From the NCBI GenBank assembly GCA_035416665.1, contig DAOLNQ010000001.1:158733-222732 (forward strand): DNA of 64,000 nucleotides. The letters run 5' to 3'. The stretch's first letter is position 1, and the number at the start of each line of letters is the position of its first letter. The notes beneath the pieces are model-generated. The model was not told where the DNA came from. It saw only the letters and a program-made list of their open reading frames with translations, and did no database searches. A program made the position numbers and the translations under genes. Of this stretch, positions 49,652 to 60,071 are shown in pieces. The DNA comes from Candidatus Saccharicenans sp. Lineage in GTDB: Bacteria > Acidobacteriota > Aminicenantia > Aminicenantales > Saccharicenantaceae.

Positions 49652-50626
49652 TTAAAGAGCGGGAAGCCAGAGATAGTAAAAGCCGGTTTTAAGCTCTGAG
49701 ACGATTTTCTCCACCGGTTCGCTCATAAACTCGGTGCCAGCGAGCGAGGTAGCATAGAGATTATTCTGCCTTTTGGGATAATAGGTGTAAGCCACAACTC
49801 TGGCCTCTTTTAAACCGGCTCGTGATAAAACCTCATCGAGTGCAGTCTGGAAATAGCCGACCTTATCGACAAGCCCAAACTCCAGAGCTTGCTCAGCAGT
49901 ATAAACCCGCCCGTCAGCTAGCTTCCTTATCTCTTCAAGCGAAGGACCATTTTCCTTTCGCGCCGCCACCACCTTCAGGAATTTCTCATAATGCTCATCT
50001 ATGATTTTCTGGAAAAGCTGCTTTTCTTCTTCAGTCATACCGCGAAACGGGCTACCGGCATCTTTCATCTGGCCTGATTTGACCACGGTGGTTTTTACCC
50101 CGACTTTGTTCATCAAGCCTTCGACATCAGGGAAAACTGAAATCACCCCGATGCTGCCGGTAAGAGTCGAAGGATGGGCGACAATCATCTCGCAGGCGGA
50201 GGCTACATAATAACCGCCGGAGGCAGCTACCCCCATCATCAGAGCGACCACTGGGACTCTGGTCTTCTGGCGAAAGCGGAGAATCTCGTGATAGAGAATA
50301 TCACTCGAAGTAACATCGCCACCTGGTGTATCGAGTCTCAGGATGATTCCTTTAACCTGCGGGTCGGAGGAAGCTTTTTCCAGACGCTGATAAACTCTGG
50401 AAAGAGCATCGCCTTCTCTTGAAAAAAGTCCGCCTTGACTCGAGCTGATGACTCCTTCCAGATCAATAACAGTAATTTTCGCTTTAGCCTGGCTCGGGAC
50501 CAGCACCACTTCCTGCAGCTTATCCTCACCGAGAAAGTCGAGGTGGAAATGGGGAGAACAGGCAGCTAAATAAAAAAGCATAAGCAGGATTAGCCCGAAC
50601 CAGTATTTTTTCTTAATCATTTTCAT
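49652..50626 (-). CDS. sppA: Signal peptide peptidase SppA (36K type, S49 family)
   Basis: N-terminal membrane anchor, then a ClpP/crotonase fold with the GGYYVASACE Ser-containing motif and conserved catalytic Lys region. Confidence 0.85.
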   Translation of the reverse strand: MKMIKKKYWFGLILLMLFYLAACSPHFHLDFLGEDKLQEVVLVPSQAKAKITVIDLEGVISSSQGGLFSREGDALSRVYQRLEKASSDPQVKGIILRLDTPGGDVTSSDILYHEILRFRQKTRVPVVALMMGVAASGGYYVASACEMIVAHPSTLTGSIGVISVFPDVEGLMNKVGVKTTVVKSGQMKDAGSPFRGMTEEEKQLFQKIIDEHYEKFLKVVAARKENGPSLEEIRKLADGRVYTAEQALEFGLVDKVGYFQTALDEVLSRAGLKEARVVAYTYYPKRQNNLYATSLAGTEFMSEPVEKIVSELKTGFYYLWLPAL

Positions 50627-50832
50627 CCTCCTCCTGGCTATCTATTTTATTGCCTTTATCGCTCTTCCATTTTACCCCATTTTGCCCATTAACCATTTAT
50701 CCAGCCTGACTTTCATTCTAAGAAATAGTCAGGTAAATATCTGGTCCAAATTTTTATGGGTATTGTGACTTGTAATCAATACTAGCTTTCTACGGGTAGA
50801 AATTCGAAAATCTAAAACCGTTATTCAGGTAT

Positions 50833-51174
50833 TCAGGAAGGGAGAACTCTCGATAGAATCCAGCTTACAATGCTGATCAAAACCGAACCAAACACCGCTC
50901 CCCAAAAACCATTGACATAAAACCCCTTGACTAAAGCTGAGACCAGCCAGAGCATCAACCCGTTGATAACCAGCAAGAAAAGTCCCAGAGTCAACACCGT
51001 GATGGGAAAGGTCAAAAAAACCAGGATGGGTTTGATGATGGCATTGACGATCCCCAGTAGAAAAGCAGCCACCAGAGCGGCCAAAAAGCCATCAACCCGG
51101 ATCATCTTTGGAAAGAGATATGAGATGATCAGGACGGCCACCATGTTAATGATTAAACGTACGATGAAAGGCAT
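50833..51174 (-). CDS. Small four-TM membrane protein of the phage-holin-like (DUF360) family
   Basis: 113 aa, almost entirely hydrophobic helices. No phage neighbours. Confidence 0.55.
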   Translation of the reverse strand: MPFIVRLIINMVAVLIISYLFPKMIRVDGFLAALVAAFLLGIVNAIIKPILVFLTFPITVLTLGLFLLVINGLMLWLVSALVKGFYVNGFWGAVFGSVLISIVSWILSRVLPS

Positions 51175-51427
51175 AATACCTCCTTATTCAGAATGGCTTC
51201 TATCTCTTAGAGTAGTCCATCCCCTCAGAGACTAATATGCTTATGACTTCAAAATATAACACACAAAGTATATAAGATATATGGTTTTTTGTGCGCTTTT
51301 GTCAAGGAATCAACTCAATCGGGATAAGACATAGTATCCAGGGGAGAGAAGGAAATACCAGGGTATGATCCTGATGCCGAGGACAGCGGAGCCGGACTTC
51401 CATAATTTCTCTTTGGATAATCCAGGT

Positions 51428-52213
51428 CTAGAGGCAAATCTCACCTTTGGCATACAGAGCAGCCTGACCTGATATTTTTACGCGTTCTCCCTGGTAATGG
51501 CAAAATATTTCCCCTCCCCGTTTTGAAAGTTGATAGGCTCGGAGATGTTCCTTCCCCAGCTTCTCAGACCAGTATGGAACTAAAGTACAATGGGCAGAAC
51601 CGGTAACCGGGTCTTCCGGGACGCCAATACCGGGAGCAAAATACCTGGAAACAAAATCGTATTCCCTGCCTCTGGCGGTCACAATAATTCCAAAAACATC
51701 TTTAAGCTGCTTTAATTTTTCAAAATCAGGCTTCATCTCCTTTATGGTCTCTTCGTCCTTAAAGACCGCCATCAGGTCTCTGGAACTTAAAACCTCAAGA
51801 GGAGTTTCTCCGAGTGCCTGGCTAAGGAGGGGTGGAGCTGCGGCTGGTTCTGGCTTTCGGGACGGAAAATCCATCGATAGTAACTCTCCCGACCTGGTAA
51901 CTGGAAGCTGACCACTTATGGTCTCAAAGTCAACTGAAGGCCAAGCCGGCTCTACAAAAGATAAAATTACAAAGGCACTGGCCAGAGTGGCATGCCCGCA
52001 GAGGTCAACTTCAACTGCCGGAGTGAACCACCTCAAGGCATACTTGCTTTTTCCTTTGGGCACCAGAAAGGCAGTTTCCGAAAGATTATTCTCTGCAGCT
52101 ATGGCCTGGAGGATCTCATCCTCTAGCCAGGACTGAAGCAAACAGACAGCAGCCGGATTGCCTCCGAATACCCGGCTGGAAAAAGCATCTACCTGATAAA
52201 AAGGAATCTTCAT
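51428..52213 (-). CDS. PhzF-family isomerase-like protein
   Basis: MKIPFYQVDAFSSRVFGGNPAAVC... and the later GSAHCTLVPYW are typical of PhzF/DAP-epimerase-fold proteins. Confidence 0.8.
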   Translation of the reverse strand: MKIPFYQVDAFSSRVFGGNPAAVCLLQSWLEDEILQAIAAENNLSETAFLVPKGKSKYALRWFTPAVEVDLCGHATLASAFVILSFVEPAWPSVDFETISGQLPVTRSGELLSMDFPSRKPEPAAAPPLLSQALGETPLEVLSSRDLMAVFKDEETIKEMKPDFEKLKQLKDVFGIIVTARGREYDFVSRYFAPGIGVPEDPVTGSAHCTLVPYWSEKLGKEHLRAYQLSKRGGEIFCHYQGERVKISGQAALYAKGEICL

Positions 52214-52322
52214 CTTTTAAACTCCTCTCTTATATCCCTTCAATGCATCATAATTATAGGTAAATAGAGGAAATGAATAAACTGACCAATATCCTGGTAC
52301 TTAAATTATATGGAGAAAGACA

Positions 52323-52862
52323 ATGATGACCATCTACGTTGTACCTAAAGACGATTCATATCTAGAGAAAAAGATCAGGTTATTGGCACCTGAACCGTGC
52401 TGCACCATTTCGAGAGATGATCTGGTGATATGGGGAGAGACAACAAAATACGAACTTCAGATTCTTAATCCCGAAGGGAAACTGATCAAAAAAATAATAC
52501 GTAGCTGTAAACGGGTCAGACTTTCAGACAGAGATAAGAAGGAACTCGAAGAAAGACATAAGCGGACGATTGTGGGTCAAGCTGGTTATAAACCGATCTT
52601 TCCGAAGTACTTTCCATATTTTCGAGATATCTCGGTTGATGAACAGGGACGGATATTTGTCTTTACCTTTGAACGAGAGAAAGAAAAGCCAGGTTTTTAT
52701 TATATTGATATCTATGATCCTGAAGGACGGTATATAGGACAACTTTTATCCGCTATAAGGGCCAGTAACTTAGTCTGGGAAAATAATAAGCTTTACACAA
52801 TTGAGAGGGACGAGGAAGGATTTTATGTTATCAAAAGATATAGGCTCCGCTGGAATTACTGA
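52323..52862 (+). pseudogene. Truncated paralog of the downstream beta-propeller-like protein (no signal peptide; matches only the C-terminal part)
   Basis: The YYIDIYDPEGRYIGQL / YTIERDEEGFYVIKRYRL segments echo the C-terminal repeats of the 52940-54025 protein. AT-rich coding. Confidence 0.4.
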
Positions 52863-52939
52863 AACGTTAGCTTCCTGTTTTATATGTTATATACTTCAAG
52901 AAAAGAGGGATTAAGAAAACGGCGAAAAAAGATTTTCTT

Positions 52940-54025
52940 ATGTATCTAAAGGTAATAGCAGCTTTGTTTCTGCTATGTTTTTGCTCACTCAATAAATTAG
53001 CTTCAAAGGAAGTGGAGACTGTTTTCTTCAAGGAGAAGGATAAGGTCGCTCAAAAATGGGATGAATTATTTACAGACCACACGCTGATTAATTTCACCTA
53101 CAAAAACCAACCGCTCTCAGGATTTGGGTTACTCGGAATTAATTCTAAGGGGGATTATTTCTTGTTCAGTCCAGTAGAGCAAAAAATTATGCAATTTGAT
53201 AACAGCGGGAATTTCATCAGATTCATTGGCTCCATCGGACAGGGCCCTGGCGAGTATCAGGGGATTACAAATTCGTTTTTCGATGCGCAAGATAATTTAT
53301 ATCTTTATGATGCTCCGGTTCGAGGGGTGAGCATCTTTGCCTCCCCGGATTATCACTTTCTAAAACAGATACACTTAAAATCAGGTGTAAATAAAATCTT
53401 TATTGACAGTCAGGGCAATTTCATCACTTTTTCACTTTATAATATTTCTAACTTATTAAAAAAATACAATAAATCCGGTGAGCTTCTAGCCGAGACTTTT
53501 AAGGCAGGAGATGACAGGCTGAGAGCAGCCATGGCTCGATTTAATCCGGGAGGATTGGCCAATGTTCCTGACCTCGGTTTTCTATTTGTTTATCCTGATA
53601 AATACCATATCTATTTTTATGATTATGATTTGACCTTAAAAAAAATCTTTAAGCCCAGGCATTTCTCAAAGTTTTATCCTGAAGCAGATAGTTTCCCACA
53701 GGATCTTGATCCTCGAGATCCAGCCTATGAGGATAGTAACTGGTGGGATAAATTTCTTCACCCCGGTGATATATATTTTCTTAAAGATAAATTCTTTCTG
53801 GTTTCTCTGTGGGAATCAAAAGGAGAATTTGGAAAAAACTATATAAACCTGCACGATTTAAATGGGGTGACCTACGCCAGAGGATTGGAAATTCCCCACG
53901 AGGGGAGAATTAGTTGTGCCCGGGGCGATTACGTTTATATCACCGAAGAAGAAAAACTGGCCGGACAAGACGAATTCATTCCAGCCAAACTACATAGATA
54001 TAAGTTGTCTGTGCCTGAAAAGTAA
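52940..54025 (+). CDS. Secreted beta-propeller-like (NHL/6-bladed-type) repeat protein
   Basis: Signal peptide MYLKVIAALFLLCFCSL, then repeated D/N-x-G-N-F-I/Y-type blade motifs. AT-rich coding. Confidence 0.55.
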   Translation: MYLKVIAALFLLCFCSLNKLASKEVETVFFKEKDKVAQKWDELFTDHTLINFTYKNQPLSGFGLLGINSKGDYFLFSPVEQKIMQFDNSGNFIRFIGSIGQGPGEYQGITNSFFDAQDNLYLYDAPVRGVSIFASPDYHFLKQIHLKSGVNKIFIDSQGNFITFSLYNISNLLKKYNKSGELLAETFKAGDDRLRAAMARFNPGGLANVPDLGFLFVYPDKYHIYFYDYDLTLKKIFKPRHFSKFYPEADSFPQDLDPRDPAYEDSNWWDKFLHPGDIYFLKDKFFLVSLWESKGEFGKNYINLHDLNGVTYARGLEIPHEGRISCARGDYVYITEEEKLAGQDEFIPAKLHRYKLSVPEK

Positions 54026-54290
54026 AGGGATGCCAGGCCACTATCTGACCAAAAAAGTGCTCTTGATTGAGTCTGGTCATAAAGGGGAGCTTTCGCCTGG
54101 CTGACCTTGAAATTCACGTTAGTTTTGAAATCCAACGAGACTTTTCTAATTCTTTATCACTTGCTGTACCACTTTGAGTCACTCTGATTGTGTGTTGCTT
54201 TCTGTGTCACCCTGGGTCACTGTGCTTAATGTCAGCCTGACCGTTTTGCCATGCCTTGAAGCTGGATTAGCCCTCTGCTAAAATCCATCT

Positions 54291-55823
54291 ATGAATAAAG
54301 CCCTCATCCTTGATTTTGGGTCGCAGTATACCCAGCTCATTGCCAGAAAAGTCCGTGAACTCGGCGTTTACTCTGAGATCCACCCCTATAACCTTCCCCT
54401 CGAGAGAATAAAAGCCCTCAGCCCGGGAGCCATTATCCTGTCCGGCGGGCCAAAAAGTGTCTATGAGCCTGACTCGCCCCACCCTGATCCGGGCCTCTTC
54501 CAGCTGGGCATCCCCATCCTGGGTATCTGTTACGGACTCCAGCTTATCGCTCATCACCTGGGGGGAAAGGTTGAAAAAGCTCCTCGCAAAGAATATGGTT
54601 TTGCCTCGCTTCGGATTCTGGATAGACAGGGGCTTCTCCATGGTTTAAAGGATAAAACTCAGGTCTGGATGAGCCACGGCGATCGCCTCGAGGCGATTCC
54701 GGAAGGTTTCGCTATTACCGCCAGGACCTCAAACTCAAGGGCTGCCGTCATAGAAAATCCGCGCCTTAAAATCTACGGGGTTCAATTTCACCCGGAAGTG
54801 GCTCACACCTCCGGGGGCAAAAAAGTGCTGGCCAATTTTCTCTTTCGCCTCTCAGGCCTTAAAGCTGACTGGAACATGAAGTCTTTTATTGAGCAAAAAG
54901 TAAGAGAAATTCGCCAGCAGGTCGGCCGGGAAAAAGTCATCTGCGGCCTGAGCGGTGGTATTGACTCACTGGTCACCTCACTCCTCATTCAGAAAGCAGT
55001 TGGCCGCCAGCTTTACTGCATCTTTGTCAACAACGGGCTTCTTCGCCTGGGTGAATATGAAAATCTCCTTCAGGAATTCCGTCAGAAATTCTCTCTTCAG
55101 GTCATAGGTGTCGAGGCCCAGGACAGGTTTCTTGACCGGTTAAAGGGAGTGATAGCCCCGGAAAAGAAGCGCCAGATAATCGGCCAGGTTTTTATTGAGA
55201 TTTTTGAAGAAGAAGCTAAAAAGCTGGGCGGGGTTAAATTCCTGGCCCAGGGCACAATTTATCCCGATGTGATCGAAAGCACCTCGGTTAAAGGTCCTTC
55301 TCATCGCATAAAGTCTCATCACAATGTGGGCGGCCTGCCTGCTAACCTTAAATTCGAGCTGGTTGAGCCGCTGCGGGAACTCTTCAAAGATGAAGTCCGG
55401 ACACTCGCTCTTGAGCTGGGGATAAGCCGGGAGCTTGTGCATCAGCATCCTTTTCCCGGACCAGGCCTGGCCGTAAGAATTATCGGCGAAGTTAACCAGG
55501 ACAGCCTGCGGATGGTCAGAGCAGCTGACGCTATTGTCCTCGAAGAAGTTCACCGGGCGAGAATTTATAACAAGCTGTGGCAGGCTTTTGCTGTGCTTCT
55601 TCCTGTACGTTCAGTCGGAGTCATGGGCGACCAGCGCACCTATCAGCAGGTCGTGGCGATTCGTCTGGTCGAAAGCTCGGACGGCATGACAGCCAGCTGG
55701 TATCAGGCTCCCCCCGAACTTTTGAAGAAAATTTCCACCAGAATCGTCAATGAGGTTGACGGCATCAACCGCGTGGTTTACGATATAACTTCAAAGCCAC
55801 CGGGAACAATTGAATGGGAATAA
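54291..55823 (+). CDS. guaA: GMP synthase (glutamine-hydrolysing)
   Basis: Class-I GATase (GICYGLQ, catalytic Cys), SGGIDS PP-loop, and a C-terminal dimerisation domain ending ...PPGTIEWE. Confidence 0.95.
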   Translation: MNKALILDFGSQYTQLIARKVRELGVYSEIHPYNLPLERIKALSPGAIILSGGPKSVYEPDSPHPDPGLFQLGIPILGICYGLQLIAHHLGGKVEKAPRKEYGFASLRILDRQGLLHGLKDKTQVWMSHGDRLEAIPEGFAITARTSNSRAAVIENPRLKIYGVQFHPEVAHTSGGKKVLANFLFRLSGLKADWNMKSFIEQKVREIRQQVGREKVICGLSGGIDSLVTSLLIQKAVGRQLYCIFVNNGLLRLGEYENLLQEFRQKFSLQVIGVEAQDRFLDRLKGVIAPEKKRQIIGQVFIEIFEEEAKKLGGVKFLAQGTIYPDVIESTSVKGPSHRIKSHHNVGGLPANLKFELVEPLRELFKDEVRTLALELGISRELVHQHPFPGPGLAVRIIGEVNQDSLRMVRAADAIVLEEVHRARIYNKLWQAFAVLLPVRSVGVMGDQRTYQQVVAIRLVESSDGMTASWYQAPPELLKKISTRIVNEVDGINRVVYDITSKPPGTIEWE

Positions 55824-55858
55824 GTCCCTCTTTGCCCGCTTAATAAAGGCCGCTTATC

Positions 55859-58800
55859 ATGGATAACTCTTTTATTCATCTTCATGTCCACACCGAATAC
55901 AGCCTTCTGGATGGAGCCCTGCGGATTTCTGACCTGGTTAAAACGGCCAGCCAGCTCAACATGCCGGCCGTAGCCATCACCGACCATGGAAATGTTTTTG
56001 GCGCTATTGAATTTTTCAAAACGGCCAGAAGCCAGGGGTTAAAGCCTATCCTGGGCTGCGAAGTCTACGTCGCTCCGAAATCCAGGCTGGAGAAAAAAAC
56101 AGGAAATGGCGATGAGGGTGGAAACTACCATCTGATTCTTCTGGTTAAGGATGAAAAGGGTTATCGTCATCTCTGCCAGCTTATTACCAGTGCTTACCTG
56201 GAAGGCTTTTATTACCGGCCGCGAATTGACAAGGACATTTTGCGCGAACATTCCTCCGGGCTAATTGCTCTTTCCAGTTGTCTCAAGGGCGAGATCAACG
56301 ATTTTCTGGTCAAGGACATGGATGATAGAGCTGAGGCCGCCGCCCGTCAGTATCTTGAGATTTTTGGCGAAGGAAATTTTTACCTCGAAATCCAGGACCA
56401 TGGCCTCCCTGACCAGAAAAAAATCCTGCCGAAAATAGTTGACCTGGCCCGCCGGCTTGGTATTCCACTGGTTGCCACCAATGACGTCCATTTTCTCCAG
56501 AAAGAAGATGCGCAGATTCAGGATATTCTCCTCTGCATTCAGACCGGGAAGAAACTGTCTGACCCGGACCGGATGCATTTTTCGAGCGACCAGTTTTATC
56601 TTAAATCGTCGGCTGAAATGCGGGAGCTATTCAAGGATTATCCTGAAGCGCTGGATAATACCAGGCATATTGCGGCCCGCTGCAACTTTGAATTCCCATT
56701 CGGTAGCCATTTCCTGCCCAATTTTGAGGCACCTGGCCATAAAAATCTCCGCGACTACTTTGAAGAAATAGCCAGACAGGGGTTTGAGGAGCGCCTCCCT
56801 CTCATCAAGGAAAAGATAAATAACGGGCAGAGCGCTCACACCCTGGAAGAATATCAGCAGCGATTCGAGCGAGAAATAAAGCTGATCGAGGAGATGGGCT
56901 TCGAAGGCTATTTTTTGATTGTCTGGGACATGATCAAAGCAGCCCGCGATCGCGGTATTCCGGTAGGACCAGGACGAGGCTCAGCTGCCGGCAGCCTGAT
57001 CGCTTATTGCCTGGGCATTACCCAGATTGATCCAATTGAATATGATCTTCTCTTTGAGCGCTTTTTAAACCCGGAGAGAATCAGCCTGCCCGATATTGAT
57101 ATAGATTTCTGCGGGCGCCGCCGCCAGGAAATAATTGATTATGTCACCGAAAAATATGGCCGGGAAAATGTCTGCCAGATTGTGACCTTCGGGACGATGG
57201 CCGCTCGCCAGGCTATCCGGGATGCCGGCCGCGTAATGGAAATCCCGCTGAATGAAGTGGACCGGGTAGCCAAGCTCATTCCAGCCCAGGGCCCGGAGGC
57301 CAATATTGAAGGTGCTTTAAAATCCGTCCCGGAGCTAAAAGAGATTTATCAGAAAAACGAGCGCATGGCCAGGCTCCTCGATGTGGCCCGTAAACTCGAG
57401 GGACAGGTGCGTCATCCTTCCATTCATGCCGCCGGTATCGTTATTACCCCTAAACCTCTGGTCGAGTTTATCCCGCTTTATCAGTCAACCCGGGGTGAAA
57501 TAACGACCATGTTTCCCATGGGCGATATTGAAGCTATCGGGCTGCTCAAGATGGATCTTCTCGGGCTGCGCAACCTGACGGTTATAACCGATGCCCTGAC
57601 CCTGATTGAGCAGGCAACAGGGGAAAGAGTTGACCTGGATAAAATTCCTTTAACTGACCCGGAGACTTTTAGCATTTTTCAGCAGGGGGCTACAGACGGG
57701 GTTTTTCAGTTTGAAAGCTACGGCATGAAAGAGCTGCTGCGGCGTTTTAAGCCAGAGCAGTTTCGTGACCTGATTGCCCTCAATGCTCTTTACCGACCAG
57801 GACCACTAAAAAGCGGTATGACTGAAGAATTTATCCAGAGAAAGCACCATCCGGAAAAAATTAACTATGAGGTGCCGCAGCTTGAGCCCATCTTAAAAGA
57901 AACACTGGGCATCATCGTTTATCAGGAACAGGTCATGCGCGTCGCCACTGATCTGGCCGGCTTTACCCTGGCTGAGGCCGATGTGCTGCGCAAGGCTATG
58001 GGGAAAAAGGTCAAGGAAATAATGAAAGCCCAGCGCGACAGATTCATTCAGGGGGCACGAAAAAAAAGTATCCCTGCTGCTAAGGCAGAAAAAATATTCG
58101 ACCAGATTGCTCAATTTGCCGAATATGGCTTTAATAAATCACACAGTGCTGCCTATGCCTACTTAGCTTACCAGACAGCCTATCTTAAGGCTCATTATCC
58201 GGCTCATTTCATGGCGGCTCTGCTGACCTCAGAGGCGGAAAAGGGAGATACCGACCAGATCATTAAGTACGTCAATGAGTGCCGTGAGCTGGGAATAAAT
58301 GTTCTCCCGCCTGACATCAATTACAGTCACTACCATTTTTCGGTCGAGGGGCAGAACATCCGCATGGGATTGTCAGCTGTAAAAAATGTCGGTGAAAATA
58401 CGGTTAAAGAAATAATTGCCCTGAGGGAAAAGAAAGGCGGTTTTAAAAACCTGTTTGATCTCTTCGAAGAATATGACTCGCGGATTTTGAACCGTAAGGC
58501 CCTGGAAAGCTTGATCAAGGCCGGAGCTTTTGATTCTCTGGGCTGGAAGCGTTCCCAGCTTTATGAGCTGATTGATACTCTCCTGGAATATGGCCGCCAG
58601 AAGCAGAAGGCCAGAGAAGAAAGTGCTCTTTCTCTTTTTGGCGATGAATACCTCCCACCGCCAGAAATTCCATCCGATCTGCAGGCGATTAACGAGTGGG
58701 AAGATGAGCTCCGCCTGGCCTACGAAAAAGAGGTCCTGGGCACTTATGTTTCGAGCCATCCGCTGGCTTCTTATAAATCCAGGCTGCAGGCCATAACCAG

Positions 58801-59341
58801 CCATCTCATTGAAGCTCTTGATCCAGAAAAGGATTTCGACCGGGAAGTCAGGCTGGCCGGGATAGTTGTTTCGGTTAAGATCATTAAGACCAAAAAGGAA
58901 GAAAGAATGGCGACACTGGTACTGGAAGACCTGACCGGCCAGGTGGATGTAACGGCTTTTCCTGATGCTTTCAGCAAATTCAATCCTTACCTTAAAGAAG
59001 GACAGATCATCTGGCTCAAAGGTAAGATGTCCGCAGATAGCTTTGAATCAAAAAAAATCATAGTCTCGCAGGTTATGCCCCTCTCAGAGGCTTTTGAAAA
59101 ACTGGCCAGAAAGATAACGGTTAAAATTCCGCTGGAGACAATAGCAGAAGACACAGTTGAACATTTGAAACAAATTCTCTCCGCCTTTCCGGGGGAATGC
59201 CCGCTTTATCTGGAACTCGAAAATTCTACCTCTGATTATCTTGTTCAGTCAGCAGAGTTCCAGTCAGTTTTCCCTTCGCAGCTTTTAATTGACCAGCTGG
59301 AGGCCCTGCTGGGCGAGGGGACTGTTTTTCTGGAATATTGA
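55859..59341 (+). CDS. dnaE: DNA polymerase III alpha subunit
   Basis: PHP domain (FIHLHVHTEYSLLDGA), polymerase core, and OB fold. 1160 aa. Confidence 0.95.
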   Translation: MDNSFIHLHVHTEYSLLDGALRISDLVKTASQLNMPAVAITDHGNVFGAIEFFKTARSQGLKPILGCEVYVAPKSRLEKKTGNGDEGGNYHLILLVKDEKGYRHLCQLITSAYLEGFYYRPRIDKDILREHSSGLIALSSCLKGEINDFLVKDMDDRAEAAARQYLEIFGEGNFYLEIQDHGLPDQKKILPKIVDLARRLGIPLVATNDVHFLQKEDAQIQDILLCIQTGKKLSDPDRMHFSSDQFYLKSSAEMRELFKDYPEALDNTRHIAARCNFEFPFGSHFLPNFEAPGHKNLRDYFEEIARQGFEERLPLIKEKINNGQSAHTLEEYQQRFEREIKLIEEMGFEGYFLIVWDMIKAARDRGIPVGPGRGSAAGSLIAYCLGITQIDPIEYDLLFERFLNPERISLPDIDIDFCGRRRQEIIDYVTEKYGRENVCQIVTFGTMAARQAIRDAGRVMEIPLNEVDRVAKLIPAQGPEANIEGALKSVPELKEIYQKNERMARLLDVARKLEGQVRHPSIHAAGIVITPKPLVEFIPLYQSTRGEITTMFPMGDIEAIGLLKMDLLGLRNLTVITDALTLIEQATGERVDLDKIPLTDPETFSIFQQGATDGVFQFESYGMKELLRRFKPEQFRDLIALNALYRPGPLKSGMTEEFIQRKHHPEKINYEVPQLEPILKETLGIIVYQEQVMRVATDLAGFTLAEADVLRKAMGKKVKEIMKAQRDRFIQGARKKSIPAAKAEKIFDQIAQFAEYGFNKSHSAAYAYLAYQTAYLKAHYPAHFMAALLTSEAEKGDTDQIIKYVNECRELGINVLPPDINYSHYHFSVEGQNIRMGLSAVKNVGENTVKEIIALREKKGGFKNLFDLFEEYDSRILNRKALESLIKAGAFDSLGWKRSQLYELIDTLLEYGRQKQKAREESALSLFGDEYLPPPEIPSDLQAINEWEDELRLAYEKEVLGTYVSSHPLASYKSRLQAITSHLIEALDPEKDFDREVRLAGIVVSVKIIKTKKEERMATLVLEDLTGQVDVTAFPDAFSKFNPYLKEGQIIWLKGKMSADSFESKKIIVSQVMPLSEAFEKLARKITVKIPLETIAEDTVEHLKQILSAFPGECPLYLELENSTSDYLVQSAEFQSVFPSQLLIDQLEALLGEGTVFLEY

Positions 59342-59452
59342 TTTCCCTGATCTCCCTGGCCTTCTGCCCACCTGATTGACAGAAAAAGGCTAAAAATGTA
59401 GAGTAAATTATCAAATTTCACATTTTTAGAGCTAATTGCATCGAGGACAAGA

Positions 59453-60070
59453 GTGGCTTATAACCTGATAATTGCCTCTGACAGCCCGGTTTTAAAGAAG
59501 CTCTGTCAGTCTATTTTCCCCGAGGAGACATATCATCTTCATCTGGCCGGCAATCTGGATGAAATCAATCGTTTTCTTGATAGTTTTACACCCGAAGCCA
59601 TCATCCTGGAACAATCCATTCTTGAGTCAACTGAAAATGCCCTTAATCTCAACAACCGCTTAACCGCCGCCGGCCGGGTGCCGCTTTTTCTGGTAGCCGG
59701 AACCTTTGAGCCTCTGGGCAGCGAATTTCTGCCGGTTCTCAGACCGGAGCAGGTCTTTTACAGGCCTTTTTATTCAGAAAATCTGGCTGAAGCCATCAGG
59801 GAAGCCATCGAAAAAAACAAGGTCCCTGACACCTTACCGGAGGAACTGCCTGAAATTAAGCCCGGTCAGGAGAAGCTCGCTGCCGCCAGCCTGCCTTCAG
59901 ATTTAAGACGGGAGATTCGACTGCTTGTCCAGCAAGAACTTAAAACGGCAGAAAAGGAACTCGAAGAAAAAATCAGGCAGAGCCTGATGCCGGAAATTAA
60001 AGGACTTTTCAACCAGCAGGAGCCTGGTACCAATAATAATCTTATCCACAATCAGGGGAGAAAAAGTTAG
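59453..60070 (+). CDS. Hypothetical protein with a degenerate receiver-like N-terminal domain
   Basis: The N-terminus is receiver-like (LIIASDSP...AIILEQSIL), but the phospho-acceptor position appears to be Glu/Gln rather than Asp. The C-terminus is a charged coiled coil. Confidence 0.5.
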   Translation: MAYNLIIASDSPVLKKLCQSIFPEETYHLHLAGNLDEINRFLDSFTPEAIILEQSILESTENALNLNNRLTAAGRVPLFLVAGTFEPLGSEFLPVLRPEQVFYRPFYSENLAEAIREAIEKNKVPDTLPEELPEIKPGQEKLAAASLPSDLRREIRLLVQQELKTAEKELEEKIRQSLMPEIKGLFNQQEPGTNNNLIHNQGRKS

Positions 60071-60071
60071 C

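Noticed and set aside
54100-54260. Considered whether the short GTCAC repeats could be a degenerate CRISPR array
   Set aside because: The repeats are 5-6 nt long and irregularly spaced, with no 24-48-nt repeat-spacer periodicity. No cas genes are in the window.
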